DNA of 64,000 nucleotides from Thermoproteota archaeon (GCA_027491395.1 JAOZFI010000017.1:1-64000); one strand, 5' to 3'. Shown: positions 28,430-38,752, counted from the first letter of the stretch. Program-made: numbers and translations. Notes: generated from the sequence alone by a model not told the origin.

Positions 28430-29034
28430 TTCTCGCGAGTGAGGCGTTCCAGCAGAGACATAAAATCGTTAGTCCAATTGAATTTCCTACTCACACCTTT
28501 ACCCTCGAGCTTCATCAAGATATGCTCAACCTCGCGGTCGAGATCGCCGCTACAACCGTCAACCTGTACTATCCTACCCCACCCAGTGATCTCCAGTGCG
28601 TCCTGTAAGGGACCATCTATCGCCTCATACTCTACATTCTCCCTGATCTTAAGGAAACGATATCCTCTAGACTTCAGCCTCTCTAGGAGGACGGAGGGCC
28701 TACACCTGACGACCACCACCAAAATCGCGTTCTCTTGGGGAATGGCATAAGGAGAGATAGTCTCGACGACCAAGCATTTCTCTACCCCTAGAATCCTAGA
28801 AATTTCTTCTCGGATACTGTCCTCATCTAGGATTAGCGTGTCTCTCTCTTCATCCCTTCCTAAGATGTATCCCCTCTTCTTGGCTATGTCGCCTACATTT
28901 AAATGGCGGCACCCCAGCACCTCAGCTAGTCTCCGGCACAGGGTACTCTTGCCAGAAGCTGGAGCTCCTATAACTACTATTAGGCCCAGCGGTCTGGAGC
29001 GAGGGCCAGAAACATTTATATTTCCCATACACAT
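28417..29034 (-). CDS. Adenylate kinase, AK6/Fap7 type (true start probably near 28989)
   Basis: GAPASGKST, L.ERL..RGY...KIRENVEYE. Confidence 0.85.
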   Translation of the reverse strand: MCMGNINVSGPRSRPLGLIVVIGAPASGKSTLCRRLAEVLGCRHLNVGDIAKKRGYILGRDEERDTLILDEDSIREEISRILGVEKCLVVETISPYAIPQENAILVVVVRCRPSVLLERLKSRGYRFLKIRENVEYEAIDGPLQDALEITGWGRIVQVDGCSGDLDREVEHILMKLEGKGVSRKFNWTNDFMSLLERLTRENHGK

Positions 29035-29047
29035 CCCTTGGACGTGG

Positions 29048-29125
29048 GCTCCGGTGGTGTAGCCCGGTCAAGCATAGGGGCCTCTCGAGCCCCAGACCCG
29101 GGTTCAAATCCCGGCCGGAGCACCA
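29048..29125 (+). tRNA. tRNA-Glu(CTC)
   Basis: GCTCCGG/CCGGAGC acceptor, GGGGC-CT CTC GA-GCCCC, GGTTCAAATCC, encoded CCA. Confidence 0.97.
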
Positions 29126-29149
29126 TTTTCCTTTACCTATTTTGCCGCT

Positions 29150-29539
29150 TCAGTATGGGAGCTCTCCGAACATGGAAGTTATCGGGTGGAACACCGCGAC
29201 ACCTACTAGGATAGACCATATTAAGTAAGCTGTGAGAGCCGCCACCATCAGACGGACAGGTTGCTTATTGTAGGCAGGTATCAGCAGAAAAAGCGCTTGG
29301 ATCATCACCAACACCAAGTAGAAGTTCCCCATTATGACATCGTAAGGCTGCATCCACACTATCATTACCCACACTCCTAATTCCGCTATAAAGAGCGCGA
29401 CTGGAAAAGTGAACACCGCGAAGAGAACGCCGTATACTGCCTCCACTAACGTCTTCTTTATGGCGGGAGGTAGTCCTCTCCTCCTTCTCCTAGAGATAGC
29501 TGTTCTACCCCTTCTCCAACTCCTAGAGGATCTTAACAT
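29150..29539 (-). CDS. Hypothetical membrane protein with Arg-rich N-terminus
   Basis: Three hydrophobic segments; GGTGAT SD; follows pyrH. Confidence 0.65.
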   Translation of the reverse strand: MLRSSRSWRRGRTAISRRRRRGLPPAIKKTLVEAVYGVLFAVFTFPVALFIAELGVWVMIVWMQPYDVIMGNFYLVLVMIQALFLLIPAYNKQPVRLMVAALTAYLIWSILVGVAVFHPITSMFGELPY

Positions 29540-29543
29540 GAGA

Positions 29544-30233
29544 TCACCTCGGTTTGACTAGGCTTCCCGTCCTCTTACCACTCACCAAGTCAAGTAGAGC
29601 CTCAGGTTCATCCCCACTTAAAATTATCGTTGAGATAGACGATCTCTTCAGTATCTTGATTGACAATGCGTCGAGAAGCTCGTACCTACCCGGATGATAC
29701 AGTTTGTCCCTCAAAATACGCTCCAAATCGTCGTAGGATAACTCCTCTATCTTTCTGGCGTCTTGATAACGGGTGGGGTCCTTATCATAAACCCCGTCCA
29801 CCCCGGTCATCTTCACTAAGAGGCCCAAGCCAAGCCTCTCGGCCATGAGCGCTGCAACAGCGTCCGTGGACTGCCCGGGCTGCATACCTCCAGATACAGG
29901 TATCTTGCCCAATTGAAAAGCGAGAGCAGCCTCATCGTAGTCCTCGATCACTCTTGGGAAGGCGCTCTTCCCCAGAGCTGCTATCATGACCAAGGCATGT
30001 AGCCTCGTGGCGAGTATCCCGGCCTGATCCTGCAGGAACTTACTCCCACCTAACGATCCGACGGCCTCTATGTACCTCCTAGCGGTATCGCTTCCGCCCG
30101 TGACTATAGCCAGTTTTCTGTCCTTGGAAAGGTCTCTAACAACTTTAGCCATTCTCTCGATCAGGGTGAAGTCCCCATTGGTGATGCCCTTGAACACGTG
30201 TCCTCCCAGAAGTAGGACGAATCCCTCAGTCAT
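29544..30233 (-). CDS. pyrH: UMP kinase
   Basis: VTGG..ARRYI, D.AGI.ATR, PGQSTDAVAA, VDGVY.KDP. Confidence 0.95.
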   Translation of the reverse strand: MTEGFVLLLGGHVFKGITNGDFTLIERMAKVVRDLSKDRKLAIVTGGSDTARRYIEAVGSLGGSKFLQDQAGILATRLHALVMIAALGKSAFPRVIEDYDEAALAFQLGKIPVSGGMQPGQSTDAVAALMAERLGLGLLVKMTGVDGVYDKDPTRYQDARKIEELSYDDLERILRDKLYHPGRYELLDALSIKILKRSSISTIILSGDEPEALLDLVSGKRTGSLVKPR

Positions 30234-30242
30234 GAGATCACC

Positions 30243-31247
30243 TTAGTAGAATCTTATCGCCCTCTCCAATCTCGATAGGAGCACTATCCTACTATCAGGA
30301 GATTCATCTATGATGTTATAACCCGTCAGCTCCGCTATTTTGGATGCGAAAGCCCTGACCTCGTCATGGGTTGGCATGTTCTCCCTCCCTAGCCTCCTTC
30401 TAGAGTAGCCTACCCACATGTAAGCCTTGGGCTCCACATAAGTGGGCTGAGATTCCCTTATAATCCGAGAGAATTCTTCTATCACCTTATCATCCATATT
30501 AAACCCCTTTATCAAGGGTATCCTCATGACGGTTGGGGAGGAGAAGGACTGAAGCATCTCTAGGGTCTTCTGAAGCCTAGACCATGCGTCAGGCCACAAT
30601 GGACGGGTTATTTCCATGTAGAGCCTCTCGTTTGGCGCGGGGACGGTGACATATAGTTGAGTAGGCTCTCTTTCCAAGTTCTCCAGCCTCTCTGGGAGGG
30701 TACCATTCGTGACGATAAAGGTGGTCATCCCCCTCTTTGCGTACGCTTCCACGAGTCCACCTATGTGCGGGTAAAGTGTGGGCTCTCCCGTCAGGGATAT
30801 GGCTGCATGCTTTGGCTCCTCTGCCTCGTACACCCATTCCTTCCTAAACACCTTCACTCCCTTGTAGCCCTGTACTACCATCCTCTGCAATCTGATACTC
30901 TCATCAGCTATTTCCTCAGGATCATCCCATTTCGCCCCCTCTTCAGGTACCTCCTTCCACCTGAACTCAGCCGGTACATCGCTCACATTTAACCTCCAGC
31001 AGTAGAGGCACTGTAGGTTGCAGAAGGACGCTGTCGGGGTCATCTGGAGGCATCTCCACGAGGGAATGCCGTAGAACTTGTGCTTGTAGCAAGTTCTTCC
31101 CTCCATTAGAGCCTTTCTGAACCAGTAGCATGGCTTCATGGCAGAATGATTCAGAATAATTTTGTACCCCTGCTTCTCCATGAGTTTCCTTACGTGATCG
31201 GGTATCCTCACGAGACCGGTGGATAACATCTTTATCCATGCTGACAC
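30243..31247 (-). CDS. taw1: tRNA-Phe 4-demethylwyosine synthase (TYW1 radical SAM)
   Basis: CYK..FYGI, CNLQCLYCWR, HAAISLTGEP, EPKAYM.VG.SR. Confidence 0.95.
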   Translation of the reverse strand: MSAWIKMLSTGLVRIPDHVRKLMEKQGYKIILNHSAMKPCYWFRKALMEGRTCYKHKFYGIPSWRCLQMTPTASFCNLQCLYCWRLNVSDVPAEFRWKEVPEEGAKWDDPEEIADESIRLQRMVVQGYKGVKVFRKEWVYEAEEPKHAAISLTGEPTLYPHIGGLVEAYAKRGMTTFIVTNGTLPERLENLEREPTQLYVTVPAPNERLYMEITRPLWPDAWSRLQKTLEMLQSFSSPTVMRIPLIKGFNMDDKVIEEFSRIIRESQPTYVEPKAYMWVGYSRRRLGRENMPTHDEVRAFASKIAELTGYNIIDESPDSRIVLLSRLERAIRFY

Positions 31248-31264
31248 CGAGTTCCCGATAAATA

Positions 31265-31879
31265 ATGATTCGCCCGAATAAGGTAACCGAACAGCTGAGG
31301 AGATCTCGACTCGAACTGGAGAAGCTTAATATCCTCAGAGAGAAGGCCATATCTCTCTCTAGAGGCTGGCTCACTAGGTGCAGGGAGCTTATATCGAGGG
31401 CGAGGGGCATGGAGGATCTGGACAGGGTCGAGAGGGAATTGACGGACATTCTAAAAGAGATAAGGGAATTCCTCTCAGAGTGTAAGGAGGAGTTGGGATA
31501 CTTGGATCCCACTCTGAGGAACATCGTCTCCGATCCCATACAAGAGGCGGTCGAAGGGATAGTTCTGTCGAGATTGCTTTCCGGAAAAGAAGTTCCGTTC
31601 CATAAAGATCTGGGAGTTGGTCCCAGAGAGTACGTGCTGGGCATCGGTGATTCGGTGGGCGAGCTCAGGAGGGTAGCTCTACATTTACTCTTGGAGGGGA
31701 GGATTGGCGAGGCTGAACGCCTCGCCGAGATGATGGAGGAGATATATGAAGGACTGAACCTCATAGTGCTTCCTGACTCACTAGTCCCGGCCAGGAGGAA
31801 GGCGGATGTCGCCAGATCCTTGGTCGAGAAGACCCTCTCGGAGATTCTCATGCTCAAGTCATCGGGTGGTGGGGGATGA
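31265..31879 (+). CDS. Translin-family RNA-binding protein
   Basis: RE..I..SR, QE.VE, Y.LG..D.VGELRR, RRK.D. Confidence 0.88.
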   Translation: MIRPNKVTEQLRRSRLELEKLNILREKAISLSRGWLTRCRELISRARGMEDLDRVERELTDILKEIREFLSECKEELGYLDPTLRNIVSDPIQEAVEGIVLSRLLSGKEVPFHKDLGVGPREYVLGIGDSVGELRRVALHLLLEGRIGEAERLAEMMEEIYEGLNLIVLPDSLVPARRKADVARSLVEKTLSEILMLKSSGGGG

Positions 31880-32553
31880 GCAGGGACTTCAAGGAGCTGG
31901 ATCCCTACACATCACACCTGCTGCTGGCCGTTATCCTCTTGGGAGGATCGAAAAAACCAGTGAGAGCCTCCGATTTATGCGAATATCTCAACACCTCCAG
32001 AGCTACGATATCTAGGTGGATTTCTAGGGCGGAGGACCTAGGCTTCCTCAGGTCAACCATGGCTAGAAGGGTCAAGTACGTGATGGCCACTCAGAAGGCA
32101 TTGGAACTGGTCAGAACCCTTTATGAGATGACTCAGGGTATAAGCTGGGACGAAGAGGTACTTATGGCCGAGGTATTCTCGGGGATGAAGGAAGGAGCCT
32201 ATTACATGTCCAGACCAGGCTATGTGATGGGCTTCAAGGAGGTTCTGGGCTACATACCCTTCCCAGGCACGTTAAACCTCAGAGCGAGGGGAGAAGACAT
32301 CTCCAAGATAAGGGAATGGAGGAGGAGGGTGAGGCCTAAGGTGGTGCCTGGATTTGTGGAATCGGGCAGGACATTCGGGGATGTGGAGGTTCTACCCGTG
32401 GTTCTAAACGGATCTGTGGGGGCTCATGCGATTTTCCCGCTCAGGAGACATTACGGAGATGATGTACTGGAGATAATACACCCTGAAAGCCTGAGGATCA
32501 AATTGAACGTTAAAGACGGAGATATAGTAGCCATCACTTTGAAGAAGTGGTAG
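31876..32553 (+). CDS. ribK: CTP-dependent riboflavin kinase with N-terminal HTH (RbkR type)
   Basis: SG..EGAYYM, PFPGTLN, LEII...LR. Confidence 0.92.
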   Translation: MSRDFKELDPYTSHLLLAVILLGGSKKPVRASDLCEYLNTSRATISRWISRAEDLGFLRSTMARRVKYVMATQKALELVRTLYEMTQGISWDEEVLMAEVFSGMKEGAYYMSRPGYVMGFKEVLGYIPFPGTLNLRARGEDISKIREWRRRVRPKVVPGFVESGRTFGDVEVLPVVLNGSVGAHAIFPLRRHYGDDVLEIIHPESLRIKLNVKDGDIVAITLKKW

Positions 32554-32626
32554 TGGGCCGGGGGGGACTCGAACCCCCGACCTCCGCCGTGTGAGGGCGG
32601 CGTCATAGCCGCTAGACCACCGGCCC
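32554..32626 (-). tRNA. tRNA-Val(CAC), CCA not encoded
   Basis: Same body as tRNA-Val(GAC) but loop CT CAC AC; 3' end abuts the ribK stop. Confidence 0.96.
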
Positions 32627-32831
32627 CTTGAGTCCGACCGATCGCTCGATTTTAATCTTTATGTGGTCCTCTCCCCTAGGTGGATATACCATCGATTTTT
32701 TCAGGTAATTAAAATGATGATTAAGGCGATATAGGAAACTTAACAAAAATGACCTACGTTTTTTCATGCCATTAGATGGTAATGCCAAAGGAGTAAGGGC
32801 AGCTATTTTAATTAACAGGAGCAGGTAGCTG

Positions 32832-34127
32832 ATGGCTGAAATGATTAACGGAATCAGGGGGCTGGAAAGGGATCTGAAACTATTGCTCATAGCAAGCATA
32901 CCCACGGGGCTCTCTGGTGGGATGTTCTACGCCGTCTGGGGTTTATACTTCGAGACAGAAGGTATAAATGTTAGTCTACTGGGTCTCTACAGCTTCTTGG
33001 AAGGTCTATTGATGGCGGTGGTCTTCATTCCGGCCGGTCTCATCACCGATAAGATGGGAAGAAAGAAACCCGTCCTGATAGGGTACATGCTTTCCGCCGT
33101 GTCTCTAGCCATAGTATCGCTCTGGGATCTCAATCTACCGGCAATAATCTTGAGTGGAATCTTGGGAGGCTGTAGCTCCCTCGCCCTACCCGCTTTCCAA
33201 GCTTGGCTAGCCGACCTCGCTGGTAGCAGAATGGAAGAGGCCTCGAGCATCCAGATGTTCCTTTACAACGTCAGCTTCTCAGCTGGGAGTCTAATGGGAT
33301 GGATCCCAGAACTCATGGTCATGTCGTCCCAAGACCTGAACTACTCCCAGGCGTACCGGTTGATGATACTCCTCTCTACGCTCGCGACTCTGATCGCCAT
33401 ACCCTTCTTCCTAACCATTAAAGATAAGAAGATGGCATATTCAACGACTAATCACCCAATAACTTTTAAGGACATCCTGAGACCTCTGAACTCCTCTATG
33501 ATACGAAGGCTTACTTTCCTCTTGGTCCTATCCAGCTTGGCCACAGGATTCTTCTATCCTTTAACCAGCTATTACTTAGGAGAGAAGTATGGGGTCGAGT
33601 CCGGACCGGTTGGGACCGTTCTCTCCCTGATATACCTTATATCCTCATTCAGTTATCTAGTAGCTCCGGTGTTCTCCAAGCTCTTGGGACTCGTGAAATT
33701 CATCGTACTGTCCCAAGGCTTCGCCATACTCATGATGGCCCTGATCCCCCTAACTCATGACTTCCTGTTAACCTCTACTTTACTTATCCTTCAGGTTATG
33801 GGGACTTACGCGCCCTTCCCACTGATATGGGCACTTTTCATGGAGTACTCACCTCCTGACGAAAGAGGAATGGTTAACTCTCTCTATAACCTCTCGGTAG
33901 TGGGTCCTAGGGCCATTTCCTCGCTGGCAGGAGGAAATATGATGAGCATATCACTTGAGTACCCCATATTTGCCTTCATCCTTCTGTACTCCCTCTATAA
34001 CTTATTATTCGCCGCTCTCGTGAGGAGTTCCCGTTCCAAGAAGAGTTATCTGGCAAAGATGGCAGAGAACACGGGGGATGAGAATGGACTTGAGGGGCAG
34101 GATAGATGCAACACTACTGAGGCATGA
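32832..34127 (+). CDS. MFS transporter
   Basis: About 12 TM; G.ITDKMGRK motif A. Confidence 0.9.
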   Translation: MAEMINGIRGLERDLKLLLIASIPTGLSGGMFYAVWGLYFETEGINVSLLGLYSFLEGLLMAVVFIPAGLITDKMGRKKPVLIGYMLSAVSLAIVSLWDLNLPAIILSGILGGCSSLALPAFQAWLADLAGSRMEEASSIQMFLYNVSFSAGSLMGWIPELMVMSSQDLNYSQAYRLMILLSTLATLIAIPFFLTIKDKKMAYSTTNHPITFKDILRPLNSSMIRRLTFLLVLSSLATGFFYPLTSYYLGEKYGVESGPVGTVLSLIYLISSFSYLVAPVFSKLLGLVKFIVLSQGFAILMMALIPLTHDFLLTSTLLILQVMGTYAPFPLIWALFMEYSPPDERGMVNSLYNLSVVGPRAISSLAGGNMMSISLEYPIFAFILLYSLYNLLFAALVRSSRSKKSYLAKMAENTGDENGLEGQDRCNTTEA

Positions 34128-34701
34128 TGTCCTCATATCTGCGGTCGTGGAATTCGCGGAAAGGGCGGCAAGGGAGGGGATGAGGTCTGTTGTGGTTTAC
34201 CCCTTCTATGCTCAGCGTCTGGCGGCGACAGATATGGGAATACCGATATGTACGGTAGTAGGCTTTCCTCACGGCTCTCAACTCAAGGAAGCGAAAGTGG
34301 GGGAGGCAAAACTGGCTCGAGAGATTGGCGTCTCCGAGATAGACTATGTGATCAGCATATCTGCGGTGAAGAACGGACTGTTCGATTACCTGAAGGAGGA
34401 AGCTGATCTCATAACTGCCGTCTTCTCAGGTACGGTTAAGGCCATTATTGAGGTACCCCTTCTCTCTGAAAATGAGCTGAAGAGCACATTAAGGGCCTTA
34501 GAGTCCACTGATGTGGATTACGTGAAGACATCCACAGGACTGTACAGGCCTGTGACATCCGACGATGTCAGGAGGATAAAAGAGCTCACTGACAAGAAAA
34601 TAAAAGCTTCCGGAGGAATAAGGACCAAGGAGCAGGCTATTGAGTTGGTTAGGTCGGGAGCCGATGTGTTAGGGACCAGTAAGCCTTTTGACATACTGTA
34701 G
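34078..34701 (+). CDS. deoC: Deoxyribose-phosphate aldolase
   Basis: TVVGFPHG, EID.V, KAIIE, VKTSTG, KASGGIR. Confidence 0.95.
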   Translation: MRMDLRGRIDATLLRHDVLISAVVEFAERAAREGMRSVVVYPFYAQRLAATDMGIPICTVVGFPHGSQLKEAKVGEAKLAREIGVSEIDYVISISAVKNGLFDYLKEEADLITAVFSGTVKAIIEVPLLSENELKSTLRALESTDVDYVKTSTGLYRPVTSDDVRRIKELTDKKIKASGGIRTKEQAIELVRSGADVLGTSKPFDIL

Positions 34702-34706
34702 CGGGA

Positions 34707-35810
34707 TCAGGCTCCTATCACCCAGCGGGCAACGTAGCTCCTAGGGCACTGGACAGTACCCCTGTAATAGGGGCAGAAGGAACAAGTTGGACTGTTACCC
34801 CAACAGTCGAACTCATTGCTGTTGGCTATGTGACAGCCATCCCAGAGGAGGCAGTCGTTGCATGACGGGAAATCAGCGATCCTCACCTTAGCCCTGAACG
34901 ACACGTACTCGGGGGACCACCATATCTCCCTCAAGCTCCTCTCCTTCAGATCGCCGAAAACTAGCTGCTTTACCTCCACCTCCCTTCCATCGATCCAAGC
35001 CCTGTAGTCGTGAAGGGTGAAGAGGCATGGGACGACCTTCCCATCAAATGAGATGGCAAAGGCCCCCTCCTCAATGAAGGGACACCTCCTCTCAGTCTTG
35101 TAGTAGAAGAAGGGTTCTATCACCCTGATATGGTGGAGCATTGACAAGGTCCTGACCCTTTCCATGATTTTCGTGACGTTATCGGGATGCACCTTATCAT
35201 GTATCTGCTCACGAGCGAGGGCAGGGTGAGTAGCTATCAGATTGGACAGGAGGACGCCCCTAGCCCCTACCTCGGCTGCCCATTCTATTAGATCAGGTAG
35301 CTTGCTAACCGTGCTCTTCAGGAGGACGGTGGAGATCCACAGCTCCACTCCATCCCTGTTGGCTAGCTCCCTGATTCCTTCCTCAACTACATGAAAGCTC
35401 GATCCCACCCTAATCCTCCTGTACATCTCCGGATCCGTGACATCCACGCTGACGAAAACCCAAGAGAAATAGCGACTTATCGTATCGGCTTTCCTCAAGA
35501 GGGTGGTTCCGTTGGTAATCATCCCTAGATCAAATCTCTCCGCCGCTTTCCTCGCGAAGTCCTCAAACCTCGGGTGGATCGTGGGCTCTCCCCATCCGCT
35601 GAACCACAGATCTTGGACTCCCACATTGTTGAGCTCCCCAATCACCCGATCAAACAGCTCCTCACCCATGAATCCTATCCTCTCATTCCAGCTCTGCCTG
35701 TAACAGAATTTGCAGTTGAGGTTGCAGGAGGTCGTGAGCTCTACATGTGCCTCCTTTGGGGGATCAGGGTCCGGCAGATAAAAGCCTCCATGCACCCTTA
35801 TCTTCTCCAA
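34707..35810 (-). CDS. Radical SAM/SPASM protein, tungsten-cofactor oxidoreductase maturase type
   Basis: CNLNCKFC.R..W, GWGEP, CPF, PCLF, CNDC, DCWGN.P.C..C...G...CP tail. Confidence 0.8.
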   Translation of the reverse strand: MEKIRVHGGFYLPDPDPPKEAHVELTTSCNLNCKFCYRQSWNERIGFMGEELFDRVIGELNNVGVQDLWFSGWGEPTIHPRFEDFARKAAERFDLGMITNGTTLLRKADTISRYFSWVFVSVDVTDPEMYRRIRVGSSFHVVEEGIRELANRDGVELWISTVLLKSTVSKLPDLIEWAAEVGARGVLLSNLIATHPALAREQIHDKVHPDNVTKIMERVRTLSMLHHIRVIEPFFYYKTERRCPFIEEGAFAISFDGKVVPCLFTLHDYRAWIDGREVEVKQLVFGDLKERSLREIWWSPEYVSFRAKVRIADFPSCNDCLLWDGCHIANSNEFDCWGNSPTCSFCPYYRGTVQCPRSYVARWVIGA

Positions 35811-35882
35811 TGCTCCTCGACCGCCCCTCCATCAAATCCGTATTAAATGATTGCTATAACTGTGTGTTTAAGGAAGGAACCA

Positions 35883-36605
35883 TCAGCCGAGGAAGGTACT
35901 AGCTGCACCTCTGGGGGACTTACCCCATACCTTTTCGACCTCCTCCACGGGCAGATCCAGCTGCTTGGCTACTAACTCCATAGAAATTTCCGGGTTCGTC
36001 CTCTTTATATCATCGACGGCGTGGATCAAGTAATCCTCATATGGAATGGCTTCCTCCCACAGCTTATCGAATCTCTCCTTGAAGATCTTCGCCAGACTCT
36101 CCGACTCCACCTTTATACCAGTTCTCGTGGGCTGTTCCACCCCTATCTTCTCCGGGAATCCCATGACCACGACTCTGTCGTCAACCACCATATGCCTGAG
36201 ATCGTACACTACGAGTCCTCCGTGGTACCTCACCTCGGCCCCGGCCTTCGAATACCTGTAGCCCACGTAGAGCTTCTCCCTTCCCTTGGGCATCATGTAC
36301 CTTATTTTCACACCCCTCGATGCGGCCGCTTCTATCTCCTTGACGATCTTGTCGAAGAATTCAGTAGAGTCCTTGGGCTTAGCGCCCGTCACAGACCCGA
36401 AGATCTCCTTAGTAGCTCCTCTCATGGCCTCCAGCACCGCGTTAAAGTACTGGGTTCTAGTGAGCATCTTGGTCACCTCCATGAGGTGCTCCACGAGCCT
36501 CTTCCTACCTTCGAGTTCGTGTCTGCTGAGGTAGAGCAGGATTATAGTGGCTATTAGCAGGGTGAGCTCCACTATCAGAAGAGCTAAGGCCACTAAGTCC
36601 TCCAT
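35883..36605 (-). CDS. Membrane-tethered TrmB/PLD-like domain protein with C-terminal HTH-like segment
   Basis: N-terminal TM; RGVKIR, MVVDD...MG, F..LW pattern. Confidence 0.6.
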   Translation of the reverse strand: MEDLVALALLIVELTLLIATIILLYLSRHELEGRKRLVEHLMEVTKMLTRTQYFNAVLEAMRGATKEIFGSVTGAKPKDSTEFFDKIVKEIEAAASRGVKIRYMMPKGREKLYVGYRYSKAGAEVRYHGGLVVYDLRHMVVDDRVVVMGFPEKIGVEQPTRTGIKVESESLAKIFKERFDKLWEEAIPYEDYLIHAVDDIKRTNPEISMELVAKQLDLPVEEVEKVWGKSPRGAASTFLG

Positions 36606-36615
36606 ATGGGGTCCC

Positions 36616-37515
36616 TCATATCTCATCCGCGCCGCCAGCCGGCGCCACATTCATCACCGTTGCTGGTATACCTAGCCCTTTATAAGCCCGCCTCACCTCT
36701 TCGACAATTCGGTCGCACTCCTCGCATAGGAACAGCATGCTCGGTCCGGCTCCGCTGATGGACACACCTAGGGCCCCAGATTTCATAGCTATATCCTTAA
36801 CTTCCCTATATCCCGGGATGAGCTTGGATCGGGACTCGTCTATTAAGGAGTAGGACATCCCCTCGCCTGCTAATCTCAAATCGCCTGTAGCAAGTCCGAG
36901 CAGCAGGGAGGCCAAGTGGGAGTAGTGCCTGATCATCTCTTCAATATTCACTCTTCTTGGGACGAGGGACCTCATTTTCTCAGTCTTCCTCTCGGGAATA
37001 GGTGTCCAAGGAACGGATAAGACGAACCTAACATCAGGATCTAGCTTCACGATCCTCCTTCCTATGACGACCAATCCTCCGAACAAAGAGGGGGCGACGT
37101 TATCTGGGTGAGGAGAACCCGATGCCTCTCTCTCCCCTTCAGCCGCTGCTCTCACGAGATCCTCTTCCGATAGCACACCACCCAGCTCCAAGTCCACTGC
37201 CCTCACTGCTGCGGCCGAGGACGCGCCACTGCTTCCTAGACCCCTGCCTGGCGGAACTCCCTTCCAAAGCTTTATCCTAGCGGTTAAATGCTGCTCCGAA
37301 GCTTTCAATGCGGCTCTCGCGGCAGCGGCGGCACTGTTTCTTCTTCCGAGGGGTACGGACTTCGCATAGGGGCCCTTAACCTCAGTGACTACAGCGTCCG
37401 GGCCACCGCTAACAAGCTCGACCTCGACCGTGTCGGAGAACGCATTAATCGCTATCCCCATTATGTCATAACCGGGCCCCAAGTTGGCACTAGTGCTCCA
37501 GGCTCTGACCCTCAT
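36616..37515 (-). CDS. thrB: Homoserine kinase
   Basis: TSANLGPGYD, P.GRGLGSSGAS, HPDNVAP, SGAGPS. Confidence 0.96.
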   Translation of the reverse strand: MRVRAWSTSANLGPGYDIMGIAINAFSDTVEVELVSGGPDAVVTEVKGPYAKSVPLGRRNSAAAAARAALKASEQHLTARIKLWKGVPPGRGLGSSGASSAAAVRAVDLELGGVLSEEDLVRAAAEGEREASGSPHPDNVAPSLFGGLVVIGRRIVKLDPDVRFVLSVPWTPIPERKTEKMRSLVPRRVNIEEMIRHYSHLASLLLGLATGDLRLAGEGMSYSLIDESRSKLIPGYREVKDIAMKSGALGVSISGAGPSMLFLCEECDRIVEEVRRAYKGLGIPATVMNVAPAGGADEI

Positions 37516-38693
37516 AGGGCTAGCCTCCTTATCTTATTCACGGCCTCATCAATGCTGGAAGCCCTCACCGGCTCGGGGAATGGAAAGGCATCCGGATCCT
37601 TCAGGGCGTGGCCGGTGGTCACAAGCACAACCCTGTCGTCTGGGAAGATCTCCCTTCCCAGTAACTTCAAGTAACCCGCATACGATGCGGCCGAAGCTGG
37701 TTCTACCCCTACGCCCATCTTCCCTAGCTTCCTCTGAGCCTCCAGAATCTCTTCATCTGTCACGATCTCGACGACGCCTCTGCTCTCCCTGAGGGCCTTG
37801 AAGGCCTTCGGCCAATTCACGGGCCTCCCTATTCTTATCGCGGTGGCCACGGTCTCGGGATTATCAGTAAAGATAGGCTCGCTCAGCCCCTCTTTGAGAG
37901 CTCTAGCTATTGGAGAGGCACCCGCTGCCTGTATGCCCGCCAACCTAGGCACCTTATCGATCAGACCAAGCTCCCTCATCTCTTTGAATCCCTTCCATAT
38001 CGCTGAAATGTTGCCAGCGTTTCCCACGGGCAGCACGACCCAGTCCGGCACGCCTATCTCATCGGCTATCTCGAAGGCGAGGGTCTTCTGACCCTCCAAC
38101 CTCCAGGGATTGATTGAATTGAGGGGATAAAGCCCGCTCTCCCTCCCAGATACTTTCATCACCACATCCAATGCGGCATCGAAGGGACCGTCTATCTCCA
38201 CGATGGTGGCACCGTGAAGCACCGCCTGAGCCAGCTTCCCCTTGGCTACCTTTTCCCTCGGCAGTACGACGAAGCTCCTCATGCCCGCTCTGGAGGCGTA
38301 AGCAGCGACGGAGGCAGAGGTGTTACCAGTGGATGCGCATATGACGCTCTTCACACCGGCTTCCTTGGCCAAGGACACTGCTACAGTCATTCCCCTATCT
38401 TTGAAGGATCCTGTTGGGTTGCTCCCCTCGAATTTCACCCAGAGTCCCTCGCCTATCTTTATGAGGGGGGTACCTCCCTCACCCATTGTTATGGGCCTCA
38501 CTCTGGGTAGAAGCTCCTTATACCTCCATACCCCGAACCTCCTCGTCCTGAAAAGAGCCCAAGATACGCCGAGGGGTTTCCTCCTGAAGACGGGCTCCAG
38601 CAGGCCTCCGCAGTGAGGGCAAACTATGGTCCAAGGGTCGGCTCTGTAGGTCCTGCCGCATTTGATGCAGCGAAGCTCGTATTCCCCGAGCAT
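37512..38693 (-). CDS. thrC: Threonine synthase
   Basis: NPTGSFKDRG, CASTGNTSAS, PVGNAGN, TGHALKDP; start at ATG 38693. Confidence 0.96.
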   Translation of the reverse strand: MLGEYELRCIKCGRTYRADPWTIVCPHCGGLLEPVFRRKPLGVSWALFRTRRFGVWRYKELLPRVRPITMGEGGTPLIKIGEGLWVKFEGSNPTGSFKDRGMTVAVSLAKEAGVKSVICASTGNTSASVAAYASRAGMRSFVVLPREKVAKGKLAQAVLHGATIVEIDGPFDAALDVVMKVSGRESGLYPLNSINPWRLEGQKTLAFEIADEIGVPDWVVLPVGNAGNISAIWKGFKEMRELGLIDKVPRLAGIQAAGASPIARALKEGLSEPIFTDNPETVATAIRIGRPVNWPKAFKALRESRGVVEIVTDEEILEAQRKLGKMGVGVEPASAASYAGYLKLLGREIFPDDRVVLVTTGHALKDPDAFPFPEPVRASSIDEAVNKIRRLAL

Positions 38694-38752
38694 CTCGGCT
38701 TTCTTCGACACACAGTTATAACTTCTCCCCTCGGTGGAAACTGGGTGGGTGT

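Noticed and set aside
30967-31857. 296-aa minus-strand ORF
   Set aside because: Ser-rich antisense shadow of translin, overlapping taw1.
24728-32626. Two near-identical tRNA-Val genes as att sites of an integrated element
   Set aside because: They are inverted, full-length, have different anticodons and enclose housekeeping genes; no integrase.
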